Assembly (NCBI GenBank): GCA_963802675.1
Contig: CAWDJL010000005.1
Coordinates: forward strand, 361,193-425,192
Direction of reading: 5' to 3'
Length of the DNA: 64,000 nt
Origin: an uncultured Acidobacteriota bacterium
GTDB taxonomy: Bacteria > Acidobacteriota > Vicinamibacteria > Vicinamibacterales > UBA2999
The position numbers were made by a program, and so were the translations under genes. Below the pieces are notes generated by a model, which searched no databases, was not told the DNA's origin, and saw only the letters and a program-made list of their open reading frames with translations. The stretch's first letter is position 1. Each line of letters starts with the position of its first letter. Positions 43,260-51,601 of the stretch are shown here, in pieces.

Positions 43260-45760
43260 ATGGAACGTCTGCTCCAGGATCTGCGTTTCGCGCTCAGGCT
43301 CCTGTGGAAGGACCGAGGGTTTACGCTCACGACGGTCGCCACGCTTGCGCTGTGCGTGGCGGCAAACACTGCCATCTTTGCCGTGGTGCACTCGGTGCTG
43401 CTCAAGCCATTGCCATTCCCGCAAGCCGAGCAGATGGCGACCATCTTCAACTCCTATCCCCATGCGGGGGCGCTTCGGGCTTCGAATGGAGTTCCCGACT
43501 ATTACGATCGTCTCGCGCAAAGCCCCCGCTTTTGAAGAGATTGCGATGTACCGCACGACTGGCATGACGATTGGCGGTCAGGGCACGGGCGAGATCGAAC
43601 GATGTGTCGGTCATGCAGGTGACGCCGTCGTTTTTCCCCCTCTTGCGGTCGCAACCGCATCGCGGTCAGCTTTTCACGGAGAAAGAGGCGGAGGTCGGGC
43701 ACGACAAGAAGGTCGTGTTGAGCTATGGCTTGTGGCAGCGGCTCTTCGGCGGCAGAGACGACGCCCTCGGTCGCGACCTTCGGATGAACGGCGTCCTGTA
43801 CAGCGTCGTTGGCGTCATGCCTGCCGCGTTCCGCTTTATTGATCCCGACGTCCAGTTGTGGATGCCAGTGGCGTTTACGCCGGAGGATCGGTCCGATGAG
43901 CGCCGCCACAGCAACAACTGGCAGCAAATGGGACGACTGAAGGCTGGCCACACAGTCGAGCAAGCGCAGGCCCAGATCGATGCGATCAATGCGACCAATC
44001 TCGAGCGGTTTCCTGCGCTGAAGGAAGCCCTGGTAAACGCCGGGTTCCATACGAGAGTCAGCTCGTTCCAGCAAGACATGGTCGAAGGTACCAGCCGCAC
44101 CCTCTACCTCTTGTGGGGCGGCGTGCTCTGCGTCCTGCTGATCGGGTGCGTCAACATCGCCAACCTGGTTTCAGTGCGCGCCAGCGGGCGAGTGCGCGAA
44201 TTGGCCACCCGTCACGCGCTGGGGGCGAGCATCCAACGCCTGTCGCGACAGCTCCTGACCGAAACGATACTCGCAGCGGCGGTCGGGGGCCTGGTTGGCA
44301 TTCTGCTCGGCTGGTGGGCGTTGTCGGCGGCCGAGTTCATGGGCCTCGATCAGCTGCCGCGCGGGTTCGAGATTGCGCTGGATCAACGCTCGTTGGCCGT
44401 CACGGTCGCATTGATCTTCGTCGTGGGGATCCTCGTAGGGCTCTTTCCGATCATGGGCCTACGGCGCGCGAATCTCGGCCAGGTGGTTCGCGAAGAAGGA
44501 CGATCGGGAACGGCGTCACGACGGACGCGCCTGATGCGGCGCGCTTTGGTGACCAGCCAGGTTGCCTTCGCGTTGATCTTGCTGGTCGGTGCCGGGTTGC
44601 TGCTCGCCAGCTTCCAGCGAGTGCTCGCGGTCCATCCGGGCTTCGATCCCAACCGTGTGTTAACCGGCAGGCTCTCTCTGCCGGTGGCGCGTTACAAGGA
44701 TGCAGCAGCGGTTCGCAACGTCATTGCTCGAATTCTCGAGCGGCTCCAATCGGTTCAAGGGTTGAGCGCCGTCGGCCTGACGACGACCTTGCCGATGTCA
44801 GGCGATCACAGCGATTCGGTCATTCTGGCGGACGGCTATCAGATGGCTCGCGGAGAGTCGCTCATCTCGCCGAGCCAGGTGCGTGTCAGTCCGGGGTACT
44901 TGGAGGCCATGCGGACCTCGCTCCTCAAAGGACGATTCTTCGACGCACGCGATACGTCGACGAGTCTTCGCGTGATCATCGTCGACGAGCAGCTCGCCAA
45001 CAAATTCTGGCCGGGGCAGGATCCCATCGGCCGCTTCATGTACTTCCCGGACATTCAGAAGGCCCTGGGACCGCCGCCACGAGATCAGTGGATGACGGTC
45101 GTTGGGGTGGTCGAGAACGTCCGCCTCGATGGTCTTGTCGATGGCGCTGGGTTTAGAACGGTGGGCGCCTATTACTTGCCGCTGGAGCAATCGTTCAATG
45201 GCGCCGAGGCGTTCGCTTTCCGCACGGTGGCGCTTGCCGTGCGCACGGCACAGGAGCCGACCGCAGCCACCAACCTGGTTCGGCGAGAGCTCGCTTCCAT
45301 CGACCCCGAGCTGCCGTTTTACGGCGTTCGAACGATGGACGAGCGGGTCAGCCTCTCGCTCGTGGATCGCCGGACACCGATGATTCTCGCGCTGGGGTTT
45401 GCGGCTGTAGCGTTGTTGCTTGCGGCGATCGGACTCTACGGCGTGCTCGCCTACCAGGTTGGACAACGCACGCGCGAGATCGGAATACGAATGGCGTTGG
45501 GCGCAGCGACGTCCAGCATCTTTGGGATGGTCCTCCGAGAGGGCGCGGCCATCGTGGCGATTGGCGCTGGACTGGGAATGCTGGGCGCCTATCTGCTGCG
45601 ACAAACGCTTCAGTCGCAGCTTTACGAGATCGGCGCCATGAATCCCGTGGTCATCGCGGCCGTGGCCGGTCTCCTGCTCGCCGTTGCGCTCATGGCGTGT
45701 CTGCTGCCGGCGCGTAAGGCGGCTCGTACGGATCCAGTGGTGGCCCTGACGATCAACTAG
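43260..45760 (+). pseudogene. ADOP-family (acidobacterial duplicated orphan permease) MacB-like ABC permease, two frame breaks in the 5' region (or sequencing errors)
   Basis: N-terminus MERLLQDLRFALRLLWKDRGFTLTTVATLALCVAANTAIFAVVHSVLLKPLPFP (43260..43535). The middle piece ..SPAFEEIAMYRTTGMTIGGQGTGEIERCVG is in a second frame. ..MQVTPSFFPLLRSQPHRGQLF.. and the rest (two FtsX-like 4-TM blocks) are in ORF 43571..45760. Breaks lie at the C5 run 43523-43527 and at ~43609-43612. Confidence 0.8.
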
Positions 45761-45800
45761 CGACTAGTGGCCTGTAACAGCTAATGGCTACTGGCCGAGC

Positions 45801-45894
45801 TCGCTTCGGACTTCCGCCTGAAGGCGGAAGCCACGAGTCATAACAGTATCGCGTGGCTTCCGGCTTTAGCCGGAAGATCGCAGGCGCGAAGCGA
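45801..45894. other. Structured intergenic element: 8-bp closing stem enclosing three hairpins (candidate ncRNA / bidirectional terminator)
   Basis: tcgcttcg (45801-08) pairs with cgaagcga (45887-94). cttccgcc-tgaa-ggcggaag (45811-30). ccacg..16 nt..cgtgg (45831-56). cttccggc-ttta-gccggaag (45857-76). All stems are perfect Watson-Crick. Lies between convergent genes. Confidence 0.5.
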
Positions 45895-45911
45895 ATCAAC
45901 TGATACACGCA

Positions 45912-46850
45912 CTAGCGAGCGCCAGCTGGCTCGGCGGGCACCACAACGATGCGCCGAGGGGCACTCTGCCTCAAGATCCGGAGCGGAATAGGCTGGCCAA
46001 CCCGATCGCCTGTCAGCTCCCGGTGGAGCGCGTCGATTGATGCCACTGGCGTCCCTCCAAAGTCGATCACTACGTCGCCGGGCCGCAGACCGGCGGTGTC
46101 GGCAGGTGACCCCGCTTGCACTTCGGAGACGAGCACGCCACGATCGCTTGGAAGGGCATGATCGTGCACCACTCGACGAGCGATCGGGGTCGTTTGGGCC
46201 GAAATACCAAGCACCGCGCGCCGAACCCGTCCGTCCCGAATCAGCGCTGAGATCACATCACGAGCAGTGTTTGCCGGAACCGCGAAGGCGATGCCCTGGC
46301 CACCGAGGATGACGGCCGTATTGACACCCACGACAATCGCGTCGCTGGTGACCAGTGGGCCGCCGGAGTTGCCCGGGTTGAGTGCCGCATCGGTTTGAAT
46401 GAGGTTCTCCATCAATCGCCCCGTGCGGGATCGAAGTCCCCGTCCCAGCGCGCTGACGACGCCGGCGGTCACCGTGTGTTGAAAGCCGAACGGATTCCCG
46501 ATGGCGACCACCAACTGTCCCGGCACGAGCGTCGCCGAGTCACCGAGCGAGGCTGGCTGCAGATCGCCAGCCGAGATCCGCAGCACGGCGAGATCAGTGT
46601 CGGGGTCGTCGCCCACTACATCCGCCCTGAAGCGCCGCCCGTCGAGCAGCGTGACCCAGGGCGCTCCGACACCCGCTATCACGTGGCTGTTCGTGAGAAT
46701 CAGGCCGTCGGGCGTGAAAACGAACCCTGAGCCCGCGCCGGCGCGAGCCTCGACATTCACCACGGCCGGCGCAACCCGGGCTACCGCGCCCGTCACGGCT
46801 CGAGAATATGCGTCCATCAATTCGTCGGAACGAAGTGTCGAGATCGTCAT
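45912..46850 (-). CDS. HtrA/DegP-family (S1C) serine protease with PDZ domain
   Basis: GSGFVFTPDGLILTNSHV (His), DTDLAVLRI (Asp), NPGNSGGPLV (Ser), then PDZ ..GVLVSEVQAGSPADTAGLRPGDVVIDFGG. Confidence 0.85.
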   Translation of the reverse strand: MTISTLRSDELMDAYSRAVTGAVARVAPAVVNVEARAGAGSGFVFTPDGLILTNSHVIAGVGAPWVTLLDGRRFRADVVGDDPDTDLAVLRISAGDLQPASLGDSATLVPGQLVVAIGNPFGFQHTVTAGVVSALGRGLRSRTGRLMENLIQTDAALNPGNSGGPLVTSDAIVVGVNTAVILGGQGIAFAVPANTARDVISALIRDGRVRRAVLGISAQTTPIARRVVHDHALPSDRGVLVSEVQAGSPADTAGLRPGDVVIDFGGTPVASIDALHRELTGDRVGQPIPLRILRQSAPRRIVVVPAEPAGAR

Positions 46851-47293
46851 CAGATTTCCACCAGACCGAGTTGCAATCCTCGACGGACCGCCTCGGTGCG
46901 GGACGAGACGCCCAGCTTTCCGAAGATTGCAGCGAGATGAAACTTCACGGTGTGCTCGCTGATCTCGAGCGCCCGTGCGATCTCGCGGTTAGTCAGCCCG
47001 TCGGCGACCAGTGCGAGCACCTCCCGCTCCCGTGTGGTCAGCGATTCTACGAAGGACGCAAGCGGCTCGGTCGAGACGACCTCTGGTCCACTATGTCCGC
47101 CATGCGTCCACGCCCTCGGCGTCATGACGACGGCGTCGATATCCGGACCCACACGAACCACGCCACGCTCGATGTCCGCGACCGCCGCAATGCCAGCAAC
47201 CTGGGCGGAGCGCTCCGCCTCGATTCTTGCTCGCAGCGACGCCGCATCCTCGGTTGTTACGCCCACGATGAGCACTCGCAGTGGATCACTCAC
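46850..47293 (-). CDS. LuxR/GerE-type HTH transcriptional regulator with atypical N-terminal domain
   Basis: C-terminal LTTREREVLALVADGLTNREIARALEISEHTVKFHLAAIFGKLGVSSRTEAV. The N-terminal ~75 aa are receiver-sized, but I see no clear DD..D..K phosphoacceptor pattern. Confidence 0.7.
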   Translation of the reverse strand: MSDPLRVLIVGVTTEDAASLRARIEAERSAQVAGIAAVADIERGVVRVGPDIDAVVMTPRAWTHGGHSGPEVVSTEPLASFVESLTTREREVLALVADGLTNREIARALEISEHTVKFHLAAIFGKLGVSSRTEAVRRGLQLGLVEI

Positions 47294-47336
47294 GTGATCA
47301 GCCTAGCAGGCCGTCGTGACCTTCCACCACGCGCTG

Positions 47337-48254
47337 TTAGCGCCGCCGTCGTCCGCTTCGGCGCTCGCCCTTCGGGCGCTCTCCAATCGTGACCGTGAGG
47401 TCTTTGCTTTCCGCGCCACGGAGAACCGTCAGCGGCACTGCTTTACCCACGCGGTCGCCCCGCAGCAACGTGACCAGTGCCTCTGGCTCCTGCACTGGCT
47501 GACCGTCGAATCCGACGATGATGTCGCCAACCAGCAGCCCGGCGGCTTCCGCCGGACTCTCGTGAACGATCCCGTTGATCAGTAGCCCATATTCCTGCGA
47601 ACGCCCCGCGCGCTGTCGCTCGGGCAGCGCAACGGTCGCTGAGCTGATCCCGACGAATCCCTGCCGTGTCCCGCCAATTGCGACGAGCTGCTGTGCTGCG
47701 GGCCAGGCAATCGATGCCGGGACGACGACCGTCGTCCCTCGGATCGAGAAACCGGTAATCATGCCAAGCGCTCGGCCTTCGCCATCGATGAGAGCACCGC
47801 CGGTGATCGCTCCGTGCGGGCTCAACGCCACGCGTATCACGCGATCGAGTTGGGAGGCTGTACCCGTGCGAAGCGGACCTCCCACGACTGCAACATTGGT
47901 CAGAAATGCAGTCACACCGCCGCTCCACGTGCGGCCGATGGCGACGGCAAGGTGACCAACCCGGGGTTCGTCAGCGGCGACCAGCGGAGGGGCGGCCATC
48001 CCGGTCACACGAACGGCAGCGATGCCGCTCGACGACGAGTGGCCGAGCACGGCGCCTTCGACGACGCTGCCATCCGGCAGCCGCACGCTCGCCGTGTCGC
48101 CTGGAACAGCGCCAGTCGGCGCCGCAATCAGTTCGGGCGCGACGATGACGCCGGCTGCCGGTCGGTGATGGCCGAAGACTTGAACGATTGAAGCGGCGGC
48201 GCGATCGACGGCGACCGCCACGTCATCCGAGAGCTGAGAGAACACCTGACTCAT
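47337..48254 (-). CDS. HtrA-like PDZ protein with degenerate catalytic triad (probable pseudoprotease)
   Basis: Collinear with the 45912 paralogue, but TNSHV becomes APTGAV, DLAVLRI becomes GIAAVRV and GNSGGPL becomes GAITGGAL. The PDZ domain is retained (GLLINGIVHESPAEAAGLLVGDIIVGFDG). Confidence 0.7.
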   Translation of the reverse strand: MSQVFSQLSDDVAVAVDRAAASIVQVFGHHRPAAGVIVAPELIAAPTGAVPGDTASVRLPDGSVVEGAVLGHSSSSGIAAVRVTGMAAPPLVAADEPRVGHLAVAIGRTWSGGVTAFLTNVAVVGGPLRTGTASQLDRVIRVALSPHGAITGGALIDGEGRALGMITGFSIRGTTVVVPASIAWPAAQQLVAIGGTRQGFVGISSATVALPERQRAGRSQEYGLLINGIVHESPAEAAGLLVGDIIVGFDGQPVQEPEALVTLLRGDRVGKAVPLTVLRGAESKDLTVTIGERPKGERRSGRRRR

Positions 48255-48310
48255 AGCCTCACTGTAGATGGCGCGGACGCCTCACGGATCAGCCGATCGG
48301 CTAGGCTAGA

Positions 48311-49348
48311 ATGGCAGCGATAGCGATGCACGATTCCGTCGACGCGCCGCCAGGCGCCAGGCTCGAGCCGATGAGCCTCGCCGAAGCGGCTGACTTGGTC
48401 GGCAGCCTCCAGCGGGAGCTGGGGCGCGTCATCATCGGCCAGCAGCGAGTCACTACCGAAATCCTTACCGCGTTCCTGGCCGGCGGCCACTGTTTGCTGC
48501 GCGGCGTGCCGGGCCTTGCCAAGACCTTGATCATCAAGACGCTCGCTCAGGCCGTACACCTCAAGTTCAGCCGCATTCAATTCACGCCAGACCTGATGCC
48601 GGCCGACATCATCGGGACCGAGGTCATCGAAGAAGACCGCACCACCGGATCCCGGGCCATTCGGTTCATTCCCGGCCCGGTGTTCGCGAACATCATCCTG
48701 GCTGACGAGATCAATCGGACGCCCCCCAAGACGCAGGCGGCATTGCTCGAAGCGATGCAGGAGTATCAGGTGACGGTCGGAGGCGTGCGGCACATGCTGG
48801 AGCGTCCGCTGTTCGTGCTGGCGACGCAGAACCCGATCGAGCAGGAGGGGACCTACCCCTTGCCGGAGGCACAACTCGATCGTTTCATGCTGAACATCGT
48901 CATCGACTACCCCTCGGCCGATGAGGAACGTACCATTCTGGCCCAGACGACGACGGCGGAGGAGCCGCGCGTTTCGGCGGTGGCGACCGGGGACGACATC
49001 GAACGCGCCCGCTTGCTGGTGCGCGAGGTGCCGGCAGCCGCGAACGTGATCGAGTACGCAACCCGGTTGGTGCGGGCCAGCCGGCCGCTGCCGAGTGAGG
49101 CGGCGGCCCCGGACTTCGTGCGGCAGTGGGTCCGTTGGGGCGCGGGGCCCCGCGCTGGTCAGGCGCTCCTGCTCGCGGGCAAGGCGCGCGCGGTTTTGCA
49201 TCAACGCGCGGCGGTATCGCTCGACGACATTCGCGCGGTCGCGGCGCCGGTCATGCGGCATCGCCTGCTCGTCAACTTCGAGGCCGAGGCCGAGGGCGTG
49301 GACGCCGAGTCGATTGTCACGCGCTTGCTGGAGGCCGTGCGTCCATAG
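48311..49348 (+). CDS. MoxR-family AAA+ ATPase
   Basis: LLRGVPGLAKTLIIKTLAQAV..RIQFTPDLMPADIIGTEV..ILADEINRTPPKTQAALLEAMQE..ATQNPIEQEGTYPLPEAQLDRF. Confidence 0.9.
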   Translation: MAAIAMHDSVDAPPGARLEPMSLAEAADLVGSLQRELGRVIIGQQRVTTEILTAFLAGGHCLLRGVPGLAKTLIIKTLAQAVHLKFSRIQFTPDLMPADIIGTEVIEEDRTTGSRAIRFIPGPVFANIILADEINRTPPKTQAALLEAMQEYQVTVGGVRHMLERPLFVLATQNPIEQEGTYPLPEAQLDRFMLNIVIDYPSADEERTILAQTTTAEEPRVSAVATGDDIERARLLVREVPAAANVIEYATRLVRASRPLPSEAAAPDFVRQWVRWGAGPRAGQALLLAGKARAVLHQRAAVSLDDIRAVAAPVMRHRLLVNFEAEAEGVDAESIVTRLLEAVRP

Positions 49349-49377
49349 CGCGTTGTGGAATCATGGAAACGCCGAAT

Positions 49378-49453
49378 CAGTTTCCAGTGATCAGTTGCCA
49401 GTTCAAAGCAACACGCCTTTGAACTGATCACTGGCAACTGGCCAACTGGCCAC
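49378..49453. repeat. CAGTT-word inverted-repeat element, copy 2, inside the moxR-DUF58 operon and abutting the DUF58 start codon
   Basis: CAGTTTC CAGTGAT CAGTTGC CAGTTCA AAG | caacacgc | CTTTGAACTG ATCACTG GCAACTG GCCAACTG GCCAC. Shares CAGTTTCCA, GTTCAAAG/CTTTGAACTG and the ACTGGCC tail with copy 1 (39720-39811). Confidence 0.75.
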
Positions 49454-49457
49454 CGAT

Positions 49458-50354
49458 ATGTCCCGTCCCCACATCGTCGCACCGTCCGAACTGTCGGCAT
49501 TGCGCGACCTCGAGTTGCGGGCACGAACGACCGTCGAGGGTTTGCGGCAAGGGCTGCATCGCAGCCCCTTTCATGGATTCAACGCCGAGTTCAGCCAGTA
49601 CCGTCACTATCGGCCCGGTGACGACCTCAAGTACATCGATTGGAAGGCGTACGGGCGGACCGATCGTCTGTACTCGCGCCAGTTTCGAGAGACGACCAAC
49701 CTCGGAGCGCTCGTCGTCCTCGATGTGAGCCGCTCGATGGCCTTTCCGGACGGTCCAGGCTCCAAGTTCGACGTTGGGCGGGCGGTGGCGGCCGTATTGA
49801 CGGCCTTGGTGATCGATCAAGGTGACGCCGCGGGCGTGCTAGCCGTCAGCAGCCAAGAGGCGAGAGATAGTGTTTACGTCGCACCACGCAGCGGCCGTCA
49901 TCATCTGCATGTGCAACTGGCCGCACTAGCCCGGCTCGAGTGCCGAGGCCGAGAACCGGTCGCGACCGCGCTGCGACGAGCGGCCACGCTCTTGCGCCGC
50001 CGCGGGTTGGTCATCCTCATCAGCGATTTCTACGACGAAGAAGCCACGTTGTCAGAGGTCCGTCGGCTCGCGCGAGTGGGGCACGATGTCGTCAACTTTC
50101 ATGTGGTCGCGCGCGAGGAGATCGACTTGCCACGGGGATCTGCGGTTGAGTTCGTTGATCTCGAGACGAACGAGTCGCTCGTCACGAGTCCTGACGGCGC
50201 GGCCTCCGACTATCGTGCCGCGTTCACAGCGTTTCTCGACCGCACGAAGCGGAGCATCGAGCGCGAGGGCATGGACTATGTGCGGCTACAGACGGGCGAG
50301 CCGATCGAGCCGGTGCTCAGGCGGTTTCTCGTTGGTCGCCGAGGTGCGGAGTGA
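49458..50354 (+). CDS. DUF58 domain protein (vWA-like, MoxR partner)
   Basis: GLHRSPFHGFNAEFSQYRHYRPGDDLKYIDWKAYGRTDRLYSRQFRETTN is the DUF58 signature as I recall it. Directly after moxR. Confidence 0.8.
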   Translation: MSRPHIVAPSELSALRDLELRARTTVEGLRQGLHRSPFHGFNAEFSQYRHYRPGDDLKYIDWKAYGRTDRLYSRQFRETTNLGALVVLDVSRSMAFPDGPGSKFDVGRAVAAVLTALVIDQGDAAGVLAVSSQEARDSVYVAPRSGRHHLHVQLAALARLECRGREPVATALRRAATLLRRRGLVILISDFYDEEATLSEVRRLARVGHDVVNFHVVAREEIDLPRGSAVEFVDLETNESLVTSPDGAASDYRAAFTAFLDRTKRSIEREGMDYVRLQTGEPIEPVLRRFLVGRRGAE

Positions 50355-51601
50355 TGTCGGTATCCTGGCTGACCCCGGCGGCATGGTGGGGCCTGACGGC
50401 GCTGGCAGTTCCCATCCTGATTCATCTGCTCGCCCGCGAGCGAAGCCGCCGACTCTTGTTTCCGTCGCTCAGGTTCCTGCGGACCACCCGGCTGGCCGCG
50501 CTGAAGCGGCGTCGAGTCTCAGACTGGCCGCTGCTCGTAATTCGCCTGCTGATCCTGGCATCCGCGGTTGCAGCGCTCGCGGCGCCGGTGTTCGTGTCGA
50601 ACGCCCGATGGCGATCCTGGAGCGCGCGCACGGCTCGCGCGGTTGTGATTGCGCCGGTGCCGCCTGGCGCGCCGAGCGCCGACGCCGAGGTGACGGCGCT
50701 CGTTCAGGACGCGCGAGTGGGGGCTTTCGTGAGCGAGGTCTTCGAGCCGAACGAGACGCTCGGCGAGGGGTTACGCGACGCCGCCGACTGGCTCGAGCGG
50801 CAGCCGCCTTCGTCGCGGGAAGTCGTGGTCATTGGCGATCTTCGTAGCGGGACGTTGACCGCCGGCGATCTTGACCAGCTGACCTCGGCCACCGGCATTC
50901 GACTGTTGCCGCTCGCATCGTCTGAGCCGATTCGCGACCTACGTCTACGAGCGATTGGCGACGCCGGTAGTGGCACTGCTTCGTCACAGGACCTTCGGCT
51001 CATGCTGACGGACCAGACCACTACGGTTGAACGGCGCGTCGTGGCGGCGAACAAGTCCAGTATCGAGGTCATAGCTGCACCTCGAGATCAGCAACGTGCC
51101 GAGGCTGCCCTTCGGGCCGTGCTGGCCGAGGGCGTGGTCCTCCCGCGCGATCGCGATCGGCAGATCGTCATTGAGTTTGCCGGAGCACTGGACGCGCGAC
51201 CGCTTGTGCAGCCGGCACCCGACCTGTGGATGCGACGCGCTCTCGAACAACTTCCGGATCTCGATGGGGGACTGCGCGACGGCCACTTCGTCGTGCGGAC
51301 CAGCCTTTCGGCATCGGATCGCGACGTGGCCGCTGCGCTGTCACGCATTGTCCAGGCGTCCCTCGCAGACGACCTGAACGACATCGAGCCGAGTCGCATT
51401 CCGGCCACTCAACTGGCGGCATGGTCCCGGCCGGCTGGTGCTGTGACGCGTGATTCCGAACCGCGCGATGAAGGAGACCGCCGGTATTTCTGGGCCGCCG
51501 CCATCGTTCTTTTGATACTCGAGCAGCGGATTCGGCGCTCGCCGACCACCACAGCCGATGCGCGGGCATCGATCGACGATCAGGAGGCGCGTGTTGCCTG
51601 A
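50351..51601 (+). CDS. BatA-type N-terminal double-TM domain protein
   Basis: MMSVSWLTPAAWWGLTALAVPILIHLLARERSRRLLFPSLRFLR is the characteristic aerotolerance-operon N-terminal domain. 4-nt overlap with DUF58. Confidence 0.75.
   Translation: MMSVSWLTPAAWWGLTALAVPILIHLLARERSRRLLFPSLRFLRTTRLAALKRRRVSDWPLLVIRLLILASAVAALAAPVFVSNARWRSWSARTARAVVIAPVPPGAPSADAEVTALVQDARVGAFVSEVFEPNETLGEGLRDAADWLERQPPSSREVVVIGDLRSGTLTAGDLDQLTSATGIRLLPLASSEPIRDLRLRAIGDAGSGTASSQDLRLMLTDQTTTVERRVVAANKSSIEVIAAPRDQQRAEAALRAVLAEGVVLPRDRDRQIVIEFAGALDARPLVQPAPDLWMRRALEQLPDLDGGLRDGHFVVRTSLSASDRDVAAALSRIVQASLADDLNDIEPSRIPATQLAAWSRPAGAVTRDSEPRDEGDRRYFWAAAIVLLILEQRIRRSPTTTADARASIDDQEARVA

Noticed and set aside
45801-45894. Cloverleaf-like four-stem element as a tRNA or tRNA-like gene
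   Set aside because: The stems are 8 bp with 4-nt loops. There is no T-loop (GTTCRANNC) or D-loop consensus, no 7-nt anticodon loop and no CCA/discriminator context.
48251-49261. 336-aa ORF antisense to the MoxR ATPase. Likewise 57014..58114 is antisense to PmbA and 44798..45604 is antisense to the ADOP permease.
   Set aside because: Same reasoning: the sense-strand proteins carry textbook motifs and the antisense translations are R/G/P-rich without motifs.
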